Shown piece by piece: positions 56,300-64,000 of a DNA stretch of 64,000 bases. Made by a program: the position numbers and the translations under genes. Every line of letters starts with the position of its first letter. Position 1 is the stretch's first letter. Source of the stretch: Candidatus Shapirobacteria bacterium (GTDB taxonomy: Bacteria; Patescibacteriota; Microgenomatia; UBA12405); contig JBAZZE010000003.1 in NCBI GenBank assembly GCA_041658955.1, positions 3,842-67,841 on the forward strand. Reading direction: 5' to 3'. The notes below the pieces were generated by a model that was given only the letters and a program-made list of their open reading frames with translations, was not told where the DNA came from and did not search any database.

Positions 56300-57886
56300 A
56301 TGAAGTATATTTTTGTAGTTGGTGGAGTAGTTTCAGGTTTGGGAAAAGGAATCGTGGCATCTTCCATAGGAATGCTATTAAAGTCATGTGGCTACAAAGT
56401 GAACATGATTAAAATAGACCCATATTTGAACGTCGATGCTGGAACGATGCGACCTCAGGAGCATGGAGAAACTTTTGTAACTGATGATGGTGGAGAAATT
56501 GATCAAGATCTGGGAAACTATGAACGGTTTTTGAACCAAAGTTTTTCTAAAGACAATAATATTACTTCTGGGAAAATCTATAAAACCATTATTGATAATG
56601 AACGGGCGTTTAAGTATGAGGGAAGAGATGTGGAGATGATCCCTGATGTCCCCAACGAAGTTAAAAGGCGATTTTATGAATTGGAAAAGGGTTATGATTT
56701 TGTGGTGGTGGAAGTCGGCGGGAGTACTGGAGATATTGAAAATCTGCCTTTTTTGTACGCAGCGAGAGAAGTTGGTCGAGAGCGAAAGGCGATGTATGTG
56801 ATGGTGTCGTATGTGCCGTTTTTGAAAAATATTGGAGAACTAAAAACTAAACCAACTCAGCAAGCAATATCTGAACTGCGGTCGACAGGAATTACTCCGG
56901 ATATTTTGATTACTAGAAGTGAAATTGGATTGGATGCTCCGAGAAGAGAGACCTTGGCACGAAGATGTTTTCTGGAAGATGACGCTATTTTTGATGATGC
57001 GGATTGTGACTCAATTTATAGAGTACCAATGGTTCTGGAAAAACAGGGAATCCTTAAAAAGATTTTTAAAGTATTTAAGATTAGAGGTAAAAGTGCTGAG
57101 CTAAAAGAATGGAAAAAAATATTGAAGAAAAAAACCAAGACGGTCAAGATTGCTCTAGTAGGAAAATATGTCAATCACGGTGGAGGAAAACACGCTGATG
57201 TTTATGTGTCGGTGATGGAAGCCTTAAAACACGGAGCCATAGCGAATGGGGTTGATCTACAAGTCGATTCGATAGATGCGAATGACCTTGATGTAAAAGA
57301 ACTGAAAAAATATAAAGGGATTGTGGTGCCTCAAGGATGGGGAAGTCGGGGAGCGGAGGGGATTATTCGAGCGGTCACAGTAGCCAGAGAAAATAAAATA
57401 CCTTACTTGGGGTTATGTTATGGAATGCAGATGGCGGTGATTGAATTTTCTCGAAATGTATTGGGTCTAAAAGATGCCAACTCTGAGGAAGTAGATAGTA
57501 AGACCAAAAATCCGGTAGTACATGTAATGCCGGATCAGAAAAAATATTTGGAAGCGCATCAGTACGGAGGCACCATTCGACTTGGGAGTTGGAAATGTAA
57601 ATTAGTAGAAGGGACAAAACTTCAAAAAATCTATGGTGTGGGTGAAGTTGGGGAACGACACCGACATCGCTATGAGGTAAATAATGACTATCGGGAGAAG
57701 TTAGAAAAAGCGGGGATGAAGATTAGTGGAACGAGTCCAGATGGTCACTTGGTAGAAGCAATAGAATTACTCAATCATCCATTTTTCGTGGCAACGCAGT
57801 TTCATCCGGAATATAAGTCCCGACCGCTGGATCCACATCCAATCTTTGCGGAGTTTGTAAAACAAGTAAAAGCTAGAAGAGGGTGA
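56300..57886 (+). CDS. pyrG: CTP synthase
   Basis: GGVVSGLGKG, KIDPYLNVDAGTM, DLGNYERF, KTKPTQ, GLCYGMQ, RHRHRYE, QFHPE. Confidence 0.97.
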   Translation: MKYIFVVGGVVSGLGKGIVASSIGMLLKSCGYKVNMIKIDPYLNVDAGTMRPQEHGETFVTDDGGEIDQDLGNYERFLNQSFSKDNNITSGKIYKTIIDNERAFKYEGRDVEMIPDVPNEVKRRFYELEKGYDFVVVEVGGSTGDIENLPFLYAAREVGRERKAMYVMVSYVPFLKNIGELKTKPTQQAISELRSTGITPDILITRSEIGLDAPRRETLARRCFLEDDAIFDDADCDSIYRVPMVLEKQGILKKIFKVFKIRGKSAELKEWKKILKKKTKTVKIALVGKYVNHGGGKHADVYVSVMEALKHGAIANGVDLQVDSIDANDLDVKELKKYKGIVVPQGWGSRGAEGIIRAVTVARENKIPYLGLCYGMQMAVIEFSRNVLGLKDANSEEVDSKTKNPVVHVMPDQKKYLEAHQYGGTIRLGSWKCKLVEGTKLQKIYGVGEVGERHRHRYEVNNDYREKLEKAGMKISGTSPDGHLVEAIELLNHPFFVATQFHPEYKSRPLDPHPIFAEFVKQVKARRG

Positions 57887-57894
57887 TGCAATTC

Positions 57895-58782
57895 TTAGCT
57901 GCTAAGGTAATCTAATTTGGAGAAATCTTTATAAAGTGACTTAAATTTAGGATCTTTATCGTGTATGTTGGTTATTACTAGATAACGTGACCAACTCATT
58001 GGCAAATCTTCTTTGAAAACAACATAAGCAGAAATATGTAGAATTATTGCTATTATTTTATTATTTTTAACTTTTTCCCAAAGATTTTTGTTTGAGTCTA
58101 CAAATTTTCTAAGTTCATCTGATAAAAATTCATTTACAGTGTTTTCATTTGGTGTTTTTATATTTTTCGAACCATTTGTAAATGCTCTCGTAATTGAAAT
58201 AGCGATGATACCTCGCGATTTTTTGTGAATATAAAGCGTTTTAACTAACTGATTTTTAGCATCATTAATAGCGCGATCCAATCCATTGTTTGAAAATATT
58301 CTTTTACACTCTATGCAGTAGGATTTTCCGTTGGCTTGCACGACTATATCTGGATTGGGGTCATAAAGTTTGCAGTAAAAACCTCGACTTTCCATGTCTG
58401 CGAGTAGGCTTAGTTCAAATAAAGCGTTTCTTGGTTGATTATTTTTATTATTTTCTTCAGTTGGAAGTAGTGGACCTGATAATAATATTTCAAACTTACT
58501 TTTCAAAATTCTACCGTCTTGTCTATTGGGGTTAATATTTTTCAGAATATTGTCCAATTCCATAATTTCGTTAAGTGAGTAGTAAACTTCATTCTTTTCG
58601 CTGTTTTCCAATAAGTATCGTTTTTTTAACTCGGGACTATTCGCTAGTTTGATCAGATTTTCAAGGTGTCCATACGCAAGGTGAACTCTATCAGCTCGGT
58701 TAATTTGAATGCCGAGCTGTAATAAAAGTTTGTCAAGTATATCTCGTCCGACTAATAGTTCTTCGTAACTTTTTATTATCAT
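57895..58782 (-). CDS. AT-rich hypothetical protein with PD-(D/E)xK nuclease-like motif
   Basis: LFEL helix followed by PDIVV...YCIECKR and A.NQL. Confidence 0.6.
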   Translation of the reverse strand: MIIKSYEELLVGRDILDKLLLQLGIQINRADRVHLAYGHLENLIKLANSPELKKRYLLENSEKNEVYYSLNEIMELDNILKNINPNRQDGRILKSKFEILLSGPLLPTEENNKNNQPRNALFELSLLADMESRGFYCKLYDPNPDIVVQANGKSYCIECKRIFSNNGLDRAINDAKNQLVKTLYIHKKSRGIIAISITRAFTNGSKNIKTPNENTVNEFLSDELRKFVDSNKNLWEKVKNNKIIAIILHISAYVVFKEDLPMSWSRYLVITNIHDKDPKFKSLYKDFSKLDYLSS

Positions 58783-58800
58783 AAAAATAGTGAATTATAC

Positions 58801-58827
58801 AAAAATCCCCCGCCGGAGCGGGGGATT
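58801..58827 (-). terminator. Intrinsic terminator after rplL
   Basis: Minus strand AATCCCCCGC-TCCG-GCGGGGGATTTTT. Confidence 0.85.
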
Positions 58828-58849
58828 GAAGTTTTAAGATTAGATAATC

Positions 58850-59233
58850 TTATTTGAGTTCGACAGTTGCGCCTGCAGCTTCGAGTTTAGTCTTAGCATC
58901 AGCAGCAGCGTCTTTCTTCATGGTACCCATGTCTGCGGGAGCAGCATCGACCATGTCTTTAGCTTCTTTGAGTCCGAGTTCTGGTTTGAATTCGCGGACT
59001 ACTTTGATAACAGCGATTTTGTTAGTACCAGCATTGGTGATAACAACATCGAATTCGGTCTTCTCTTCAGCAGCAGGAGCGGCTGCACCAGCAGCGGCAC
59101 CAGCAGCAGGAGCTGCGGCCATAGCGACGGCTTTAACGTCGAATTTTTCTTCTAAAGCTTTGACCAGTTCGGATAATTCCATTACTGAAAGTTCAGCAAT
59201 TTGGTCGAGAATTTTGGTTAATTTTGCGTCCAT
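58850..59233 (-). CDS. rplL: 50S ribosomal protein L7/L12
   Basis: [15 protein letters not shown], Ala hinge, [34 protein letters not shown]. Confidence 0.98.
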   Translation of the reverse strand: MDAKLTKILDQIAELSVMELSELVKALEEKFDVKAVAMAAAPAAGAAAGAAAPAAEEKTEFDVVITNAGTNKIAVIKVVREFKPELGLKEAKDMVDAAPADMGTMKKDAAADAKTKLEAAGATVELK

Positions 59234-59263
59234 TTTTTTTATTAATTAATAAATGATTAATAA

Positions 59264-59779
59264 CTATTTTTTATCAGCTATAGCCTTGAGGGTCATAACT
59301 AATTGAGTTTGGTTGTAGCGCATAGCATAGACCATTCTCTCGAGAGGATTTCGAAGTCCACCAACGAGCTGAGCTAGTAAAGTGGATTTTGAAGGAAGGG
59401 AGATGAACTTTTTAAGATCATCGACAGAAAGAAGTTTGCCTTGGTAGATACCATATTTGAAGAAAGTTTTTTCAGAACTCTTGTTGACAGCATCAATCTC
59501 TTTTAGGGGAGCGATCTCATCATCATTGCTATAGGCAATAGCGGTTGGTCCGACTAATTCTTCAGGAAGGGCAATACCCATTTTAAGAAGAGCACGGAAA
59601 ATAAGGGAGTTTTTGGTGACTTCGAGGGCTCCACCATTCTCACGGACCTTGTCGCGAAGAGCGACGACACCGGCAGCGTTTAAACCTTGGTATTGGACGA
59701 GAGCGGCTGATTTGGCGCTATTAAGCTTAACGACGACTTCGTCGACCTTGGCGATTTTGTTGGTTTTGGCTTTTGACAT
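59264..59779 (-). CDS. rplJ: 50S ribosomal protein L10
   Basis: Y.GL......LR, V.KN.L, L.GPTA, LPSK..LLAQL; upstream of rplL. Confidence 0.95.
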   Translation of the reverse strand: MSKAKTNKIAKVDEVVVKLNSAKSAALVQYQGLNAAGVVALRDKVRENGGALEVTKNSLIFRALLKMGIALPEELVGPTAIAYSNDDEIAPLKEIDAVNKSSEKTFFKYGIYQGKLLSVDDLKKFISLPSKSTLLAQLVGGLRNPLERMVYAMRYNQTQLVMTLKAIADKK

Positions 59780-59788
59780 ATTTTGAAT

Positions 59789-59895
59789 AAAAAAAAGCTC
59801 ACCGATGAGGTGAGGCTAGATAAAAGTATCTAAATTTGGCCTCGGCGGGAATTACTATTCAGATAGACTGAACAAACCTGCTGTCTTCGGTAGAA
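59789..59895 (-). ncRNA. Ribosomal protein L10 leader with terminator
   Basis: Minus strand CCGAAGACAGCAGG...TAATTCCCGCCGAGG, then CTCACC-TCATC-GGTGAG plus T-tract; TACAAT at 59904-59909. Confidence 0.85.
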
Positions 59896-59935
59896 CAAGG
59901 GATATTGTAACAGAAAAAAAACAAAAGAATAGGGG

Positions 59936-60229
59936 TTACTGACTTTTTGGGCGTGATATGTCGGCTAACTCACTAGCCAACTCGTCAAATGAGATTGATC
60001 TTCTTTTGACTACACTACCGGCTACCCGTCCGCCATCAGCAGTAAATAATGCTCCAACTCCGGTACTTTCGTCGATTAGTGTGTACGAGCCGTTTTCATG
60101 AGTGAGTCTAGAGACAATTCCAGCAACTTGGCCGTCGACCATAGTTACTTGATAATCTAATTTTCCGGTGTCATAAGGACCGTTGTTAACATTACCGCCG
60201 GGTAGAATTAAGACGTTTTTTCCTGCCAT
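59936..60229 (-). CDS. Small hypothetical protein
   Basis: 97 aa, TATAAT 5 nt upstream of ATG. Confidence 0.6.
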   Translation of the reverse strand: MAGKNVLILPGGNVNNGPYDTGKLDYQVTMVDGQVAGIVSRLTHENGSYTLIDESTGVGALFTADGGRVAGSVVKRRSISFDELASELADISRPKSQ

Positions 60230-60399
60230 GGGGTATTATAATTCTAAGAGTGGTTTAAGTCAAGTTATCTCAATAGTTAGGTATATTTTATATATTAGTA
60301 AGAAGATCGTTTGGCTAATTCTAAACGTAAACTGGCGATTCTGAATGAGTTGTAGTGATTTCTAAATAAGTGATTGGGTATTAGGTAGTAAAATAAGGA

Positions 60400-61425
60400 G
60401 TGAGTAAATGGGTAGCTTTGATACTAATAATAATTGGGCTGTTGGTGGGTGGGTACTTTTTCTATAATAGCCGGACAAAAATAATTGATCCAAAAGGAAT
60501 TGGCGGTGTTAGTCAAAATCTTTTTTTAGAAAAATATGACTTTGATAGCCTCCGAAAACGGGTTCCAGTAGCCTCAGAAATTCAGATACTAGGTCCGATA
60601 AAAGAAATAGAAGACCGGCGAGCAAATCTAGATATCAAAGAAAAATATACCTTTACTACCCGAGAGATTAGCTTTGAAAGTGAGGGAAAGAAAATATCAG
60701 GGATGATCAACTATATGCCAGAGCGGAGTAGCTTGAGTCCAGTGATAATAATGGTACGAGGGTACGCTGAAAAGATAGGATATTATCCTGGTTCGGGTAG
60801 CTGGCGGATGGCCGATGAGCTAGCCAAACAGGGTTATGTGACCATTAGCTTGGATTTTTTGGGTTATGCCAATAGTGAGGGTGAATCAACAGATATGTTG
60901 GAAGCTAGATTTCATAAAGTAGTTGAGGTACTGGATCTACTAGAGTCGGTTAAGAGAATTCCTTGGGTTGATAAAAACCGAATTGGATTTTGGGCGCATA
61001 GTAATGGTGGTCAAATTGTGATGTCAGTATTGGAAGTGACTGGGGAGAGGTACCCCACAGTCATGTGGGCGCCAATGACCCAGTCGTTTCCCGATAGTGT
61101 TCTGTCAACCATTGATGAGGGAAGTCCAGTAAAGGATGCAATTGATGAGTTTCAAAAACATTATGATGCACGGAGATACGCATTTGATAGTTATTACCAA
61201 TGGATAAATTCCCCGGTAATTATAATGCAGGGAACTAAGGATGAATGGGTGGAGGTTAGCTGGCAAGAGGGGGTGGTGAATAAACTTAAAAACCTTGGAA
61301 AAGAAGCGGAATTAGTGATCTACCCTGGGGCCGATCATAACCTCAAAAACACAGCCGAAAAAGCTTGGGAAAGTGCCGTTGGAAAAAGTATCGACTTTTA
61401 TGCGGAAAATATGAAAAACAGGTGA
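60400..61425 (+). CDS. Membrane-anchored alpha/beta hydrolase (S9 peptidase-like)
   Basis: RIGFWAHSNGG nucleophile elbow, GTKDEWV, GADHN. Confidence 0.85.
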   Translation: MSKWVALILIIIGLLVGGYFFYNSRTKIIDPKGIGGVSQNLFLEKYDFDSLRKRVPVASEIQILGPIKEIEDRRANLDIKEKYTFTTREISFESEGKKISGMINYMPERSSLSPVIIMVRGYAEKIGYYPGSGSWRMADELAKQGYVTISLDFLGYANSEGESTDMLEARFHKVVEVLDLLESVKRIPWVDKNRIGFWAHSNGGQIVMSVLEVTGERYPTVMWAPMTQSFPDSVLSTIDEGSPVKDAIDEFQKHYDARRYAFDSYYQWINSPVIIMQGTKDEWVEVSWQEGVVNKLKNLGKEAELVIYPGADHNLKNTAEKAWESAVGKSIDFYAENMKNR

Positions 61426-61454
61426 TATAATTACGGGTTATTTTCGAAGTAACC

Positions 61455-62264
61455 ATGACAAATTTAAAGTTATTAGTAATCGGTCATTTGGCGCGGGATG
61501 TGGTCAAGACAAAAACGGGGACGGGTGAGTTTTGGGGAGGAGCTGGATATCACGTGGCAATGGCTGCAGCAATGTTTTTACCGGCGGGAGAGGTTGTTTT
61601 AAAAAGTAGCGCCGGAAAAGATTTTAATAAAAAAATACTGATTGAAAAAGGAATAAATTCTAACTATTTGAAAATTAATGAAAGTGAAAATTGTGATAAG
61701 CATTTTTTAGATGAGTCGACTGAAAAGCGAGAATATTTTTCAGAAGGGATATTGAGTGAAGAAATTGATCTAATGGATTTGGAACCAATTATTGAAGAAA
61801 TCGGATGGATTCATTTGGCGTCTTCACCACCAAAACAACAACTAAAGTGGTTGTCTCAAATAAAGAGTTTCGGAAGAGGGGATATTTTAATTTCAGCAGA
61901 TACTTTTGATACTTTTGCTGCGGAAACTCCAGATAAGGTCCATCAAGTTTTTGAACAATGTACTTTGGGTTTTCTGAACCAAGGGGAGTGGTCAAATTTA
62001 AATGCTCAGGACATGAAGATGAAGTTAATTCGTAAGTTGGGTGAAATGGGCGCTGAGATTTTTGAAAATGGTGAAAAAATCCTAGGCGTAGAGTGTGAAA
62101 GAGAGGTGAAAGTAGCTGATACTACCGGGGCAGGAGAAGTGGTGGCGGGGGTTTATTTGGCTAAGAAAATATTGGGTGTACCAGACGACGAAGCTTTGCG
62201 TGAAGCAATAAAAATGGCGACAAAATCAGTTGAGAATTTTGGGACAGATCATTTGAGAACTTAG
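61455..62264 (+). CDS. PfkB/ribokinase-family protein (GAGE variant)
   Basis: IG....D, GGAG...A, N..E, K.G..GA, DTTGAGE. Confidence 0.82.
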   Translation: MTNLKLLVIGHLARDVVKTKTGTGEFWGGAGYHVAMAAAMFLPAGEVVLKSSAGKDFNKKILIEKGINSNYLKINESENCDKHFLDESTEKREYFSEGILSEEIDLMDLEPIIEEIGWIHLASSPPKQQLKWLSQIKSFGRGDILISADTFDTFAAETPDKVHQVFEQCTLGFLNQGEWSNLNAQDMKMKLIRKLGEMGAEIFENGEKILGVECEREVKVADTTGAGEVVAGVYLAKKILGVPDDEALREAIKMATKSVENFGTDHLRT

Positions 62265-63235
62265 TGATCGGCTTCGACTATCTGTTTATAGTAGACACAA
62301 ACTGGGACGTAGCGATTGTTAGCGGGGAAGACTAATCCAGTTTGGACAGCAGGACAGGAAAGGTGTTGGTATTTTTTAGCATACGCTCGAGCATTGGTCA
62401 TGTCAGTATCAACTCGGTCCTCATAGACCCGACCGAGGGATAGTTCTTTTGATTTAGTGGTAAAACAACAACCATAGAAATAACCATCTGGATATAATTC
62501 GACTTTAACAGGATCGGCAATAAAACATTTGTAATCGTAGTTCTTTTTAATTTCTTCAAATTCTTTTTTGGTGACAAAAAGCAGGGGATAACGAAGCCCC
62601 ATATTTTTGGTTTTAGAATTGGCTGTAATAATTTTCTTGGCGTCAATCCATTGTTTTGGATTAATGAGAAAATCCTGATTGAAATTGGCAGTACCGGTAT
62701 TATTGATGAAATTAAAGCTCATTCGCTTGACCCCAAGATCATCAAGAAGCTTAATGGCGGCAGCAATTTCGGTGATATTGTATTTATGGACGGTGTAAAC
62801 CACTTCAACTCGAAATCCAGATGGGACACAGTATTTGATACTTTTAATGACCTGATCGTAAACACCCTTACCGCGAAGATCGTCGTTAGTTTTGGCTGTA
62901 GCTCCATCAAGACTGAAGGTGACTTTATCGACCAACTTGGGGTCAAACTTGGTGAAGATGTGGCTGTTGGTACCATTGGTACTAACTCCGACAGTATAAC
63001 CAAGTGATTTAGCTTCTCTTATAGTAGGTAAAAAGTAAGGGGATAGGCAAGACTCACCACCGGTAACTTCGACATGGCGGAAGTCTTTGTCGATAAAATG
63101 AGCTAAAGCAGTTTTAATCTGCTTCCAATTTAGAAACTCATCATTTTGAGGTGAACCTTCGATAAAGCAATGCTTACAACGAAGATTACACTTGTTGGTG
63201 AGATAAATGGCAATTCTTTTTGCGTCAATTTGCAC
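62261..63235 (-). CDS. Radical SAM protein with Cys-containing C-terminal (Twitch/SPASM-like) extension
   Basis: CNLRCKHC, TGGE, STNG, FSLDG....ND.LRG.G, C...PDG..YGCC...CP...CVYYK. Confidence 0.88.
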   Translation of the reverse strand: MQIDAKRIAIYLTNKCNLRCKHCFIEGSPQNDEFLNWKQIKTALAHFIDKDFRHVEVTGGESCLSPYFLPTIREAKSLGYTVGVSTNGTNSHIFTKFDPKLVDKVTFSLDGATAKTNDDLRGKGVYDQVIKSIKYCVPSGFRVEVVYTVHKYNITEIAAAIKLLDDLGVKRMSFNFINNTGTANFNQDFLINPKQWIDAKKIITANSKTKNMGLRYPLLFVTKKEFEEIKKNYDYKCFIADPVKVELYPDGYFYGCCFTTKSKELSLGRVYEDRVDTDMTNARAYAKKYQHLSCPAVQTGLVFPANNRYVPVCVYYKQIVEADH

Positions 63236-63264
63236 GAGTTAAATTCAATGGTATAATTGGGGTT

Positions 63265-63837
63265 ATGAAGATATATTTTACCGCATCTCTGCGTGGAAAG
63301 AAAGAGTTTGGGAAAAATTACATTTCAATTGTGAATAGTCTTACCAAACAAGGGAATAAAGTCTTTTCAGATCATATTATTAAGTTCGAACCGGAAAGTT
63401 TGGGAGTGCAAAGTAAAGAAGAAGCCAAAAAAAATTACGACCGAATTTTATCCTCGATTAAAAAATCTGATGTATTTGTGGCTGAAGTTTCAACTCAAAG
63501 TTTATCGGTAGGTCACGAGGTAACTGAAGCTATGGCTCTCAACAAACCCATGATTATTCTCTACTCTGGTGATAATCGACCAGGGCTTCTGTTTGGATCG
63601 GTTTACGATAAGATGCAAATCATTCAATACACAGTTGATAGCAAACTAGATGAAGTACTTTCTAAGGCTGTTGATGATGCTATGAGACATGCTGATGTCC
63701 GTTTCAACTTTTTTGTGAGTCCTAAGATTTTGGCATACCTTGACTGGGTAGCTCAAAAAAGAATGATTCCCCGCTCAGTATATTTACGAAATCTCATTGA
63801 AAAAGAAATGAGAAAAAATAAGGAATTTAACGGATAG
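63265..63837 (+). CDS. Nucleoside 2-deoxyribosyltransferase-like domain fused to a ribbon-helix-helix-like domain
   Basis: MKIYF.AS.RG, SDVFVAEVS..S.SVG.E...A....KP; C-terminal RFNFFVS...L.YLD........RS..LR.LI; start at 63265 has TATAAT 7 nt upstream. Confidence 0.75.
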   Translation: MKIYFTASLRGKKEFGKNYISIVNSLTKQGNKVFSDHIIKFEPESLGVQSKEEAKKNYDRILSSIKKSDVFVAEVSTQSLSVGHEVTEAMALNKPMIILYSGDNRPGLLFGSVYDKMQIIQYTVDSKLDEVLSKAVDDAMRHADVRFNFFVSPKILAYLDWVAQKRMIPRSVYLRNLIEKEMRKNKEFNG

Positions 63838-63839
63838 TA

Positions 63840-64000
63840 ATGGAGATTGTCTTTGACTTTGATGGAACTATTGCCGATACCTTTGATGCTGCTGTAAAAA
63901 TTCTCAACCGACTAGCGCCGGAGTATGGCTATGAGCCAGTTACTGAAGAAATGCAAAAAGAATTCAAGCGGTTAGGTACCAAAAAAGCCATGAAAGCATT
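63840..64000 (+). CDS. HAD-family hydrolase (runs off right edge)
   Basis: MEIVFDFDGTIADT motif I. Confidence 0.85.
   Translation, partial: MEIVFDFDGTIADTFDAAVKILNRLAPEYGYEPVTEEMQKEFKRLGTKKAMKA

Noticed and set aside
58854-59249. 131-aa plus-strand ORF and the many other short ORFs nested in long genes
   Set aside because: Antisense or alternate-frame shadows of well-supported genes
62261-63235. Prokaryotic viperin
   Set aside because: Lacks viperin-like CNYxCxFCF and N-x-A/S-GGEP context and has a Cys-rich C-terminal extension; neighbour is PfkB rather than a nucleotide monophosphate kinase
1-64000. CRISPR array or cas genes
   Set aside because: No regularly spaced repeat-spacer series; the repeats found are dispersed palindromes
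1-64000. Alternative genetic code (TGA = Gly)
   Set aside because: comEA, mreB, pyrG and others end at TGA at expected lengths and long genes are open in the standard code

Overview
Ordinary-code (TGA = stop), gene-dense bacterial chromosome segment whose gene set (tandem giant DUF2341/LamG surface proteins, split comEC, Kelch/FN3 giant, PEGA protein, lone mreB, many short orphans) points to a Patescibacteria/CPR genome, probably Microgenomates; this assignment is inference from gene content only. The + strand looks G-rich throughout, so I see no origin or terminus here. Layout: 1-21.8 kb minus-strand cell-surface cluster (three LamG adhesins, two WxL-like/DUF916-like pairs) interrupted by a 4-kb cassette carrying a candidate hammerhead ribozyme and a winged-helix regulator with an 11-bp-period operator; comEA/comEC; a 2401-aa Kelch/FN3 protein coupled to a MacB-type ABC transporter; leuS; tRNA-Arg and tRNA-Pro; mreB, tagA-like, murB, ruvCAB, pyrG, rplJL with L10 leader; and a PfkB/radical SAM/NDT-RHH/HAD cluster at the right end. 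The strongest non-annotated signals are (1) a complete leucine leader-peptide attenuator (MKMLSVSLLLS) upstream of leuS, (2) a type III hammerhead-like RNA at 15575-15630, (3) two families of dispersed, covarying structured palindromes that share one internal-loop motif and sit at the competence and ruv genes, partly inside coding sequence, and (4) pervasive leaderless gene starts. All calls were made by eye without database searches.
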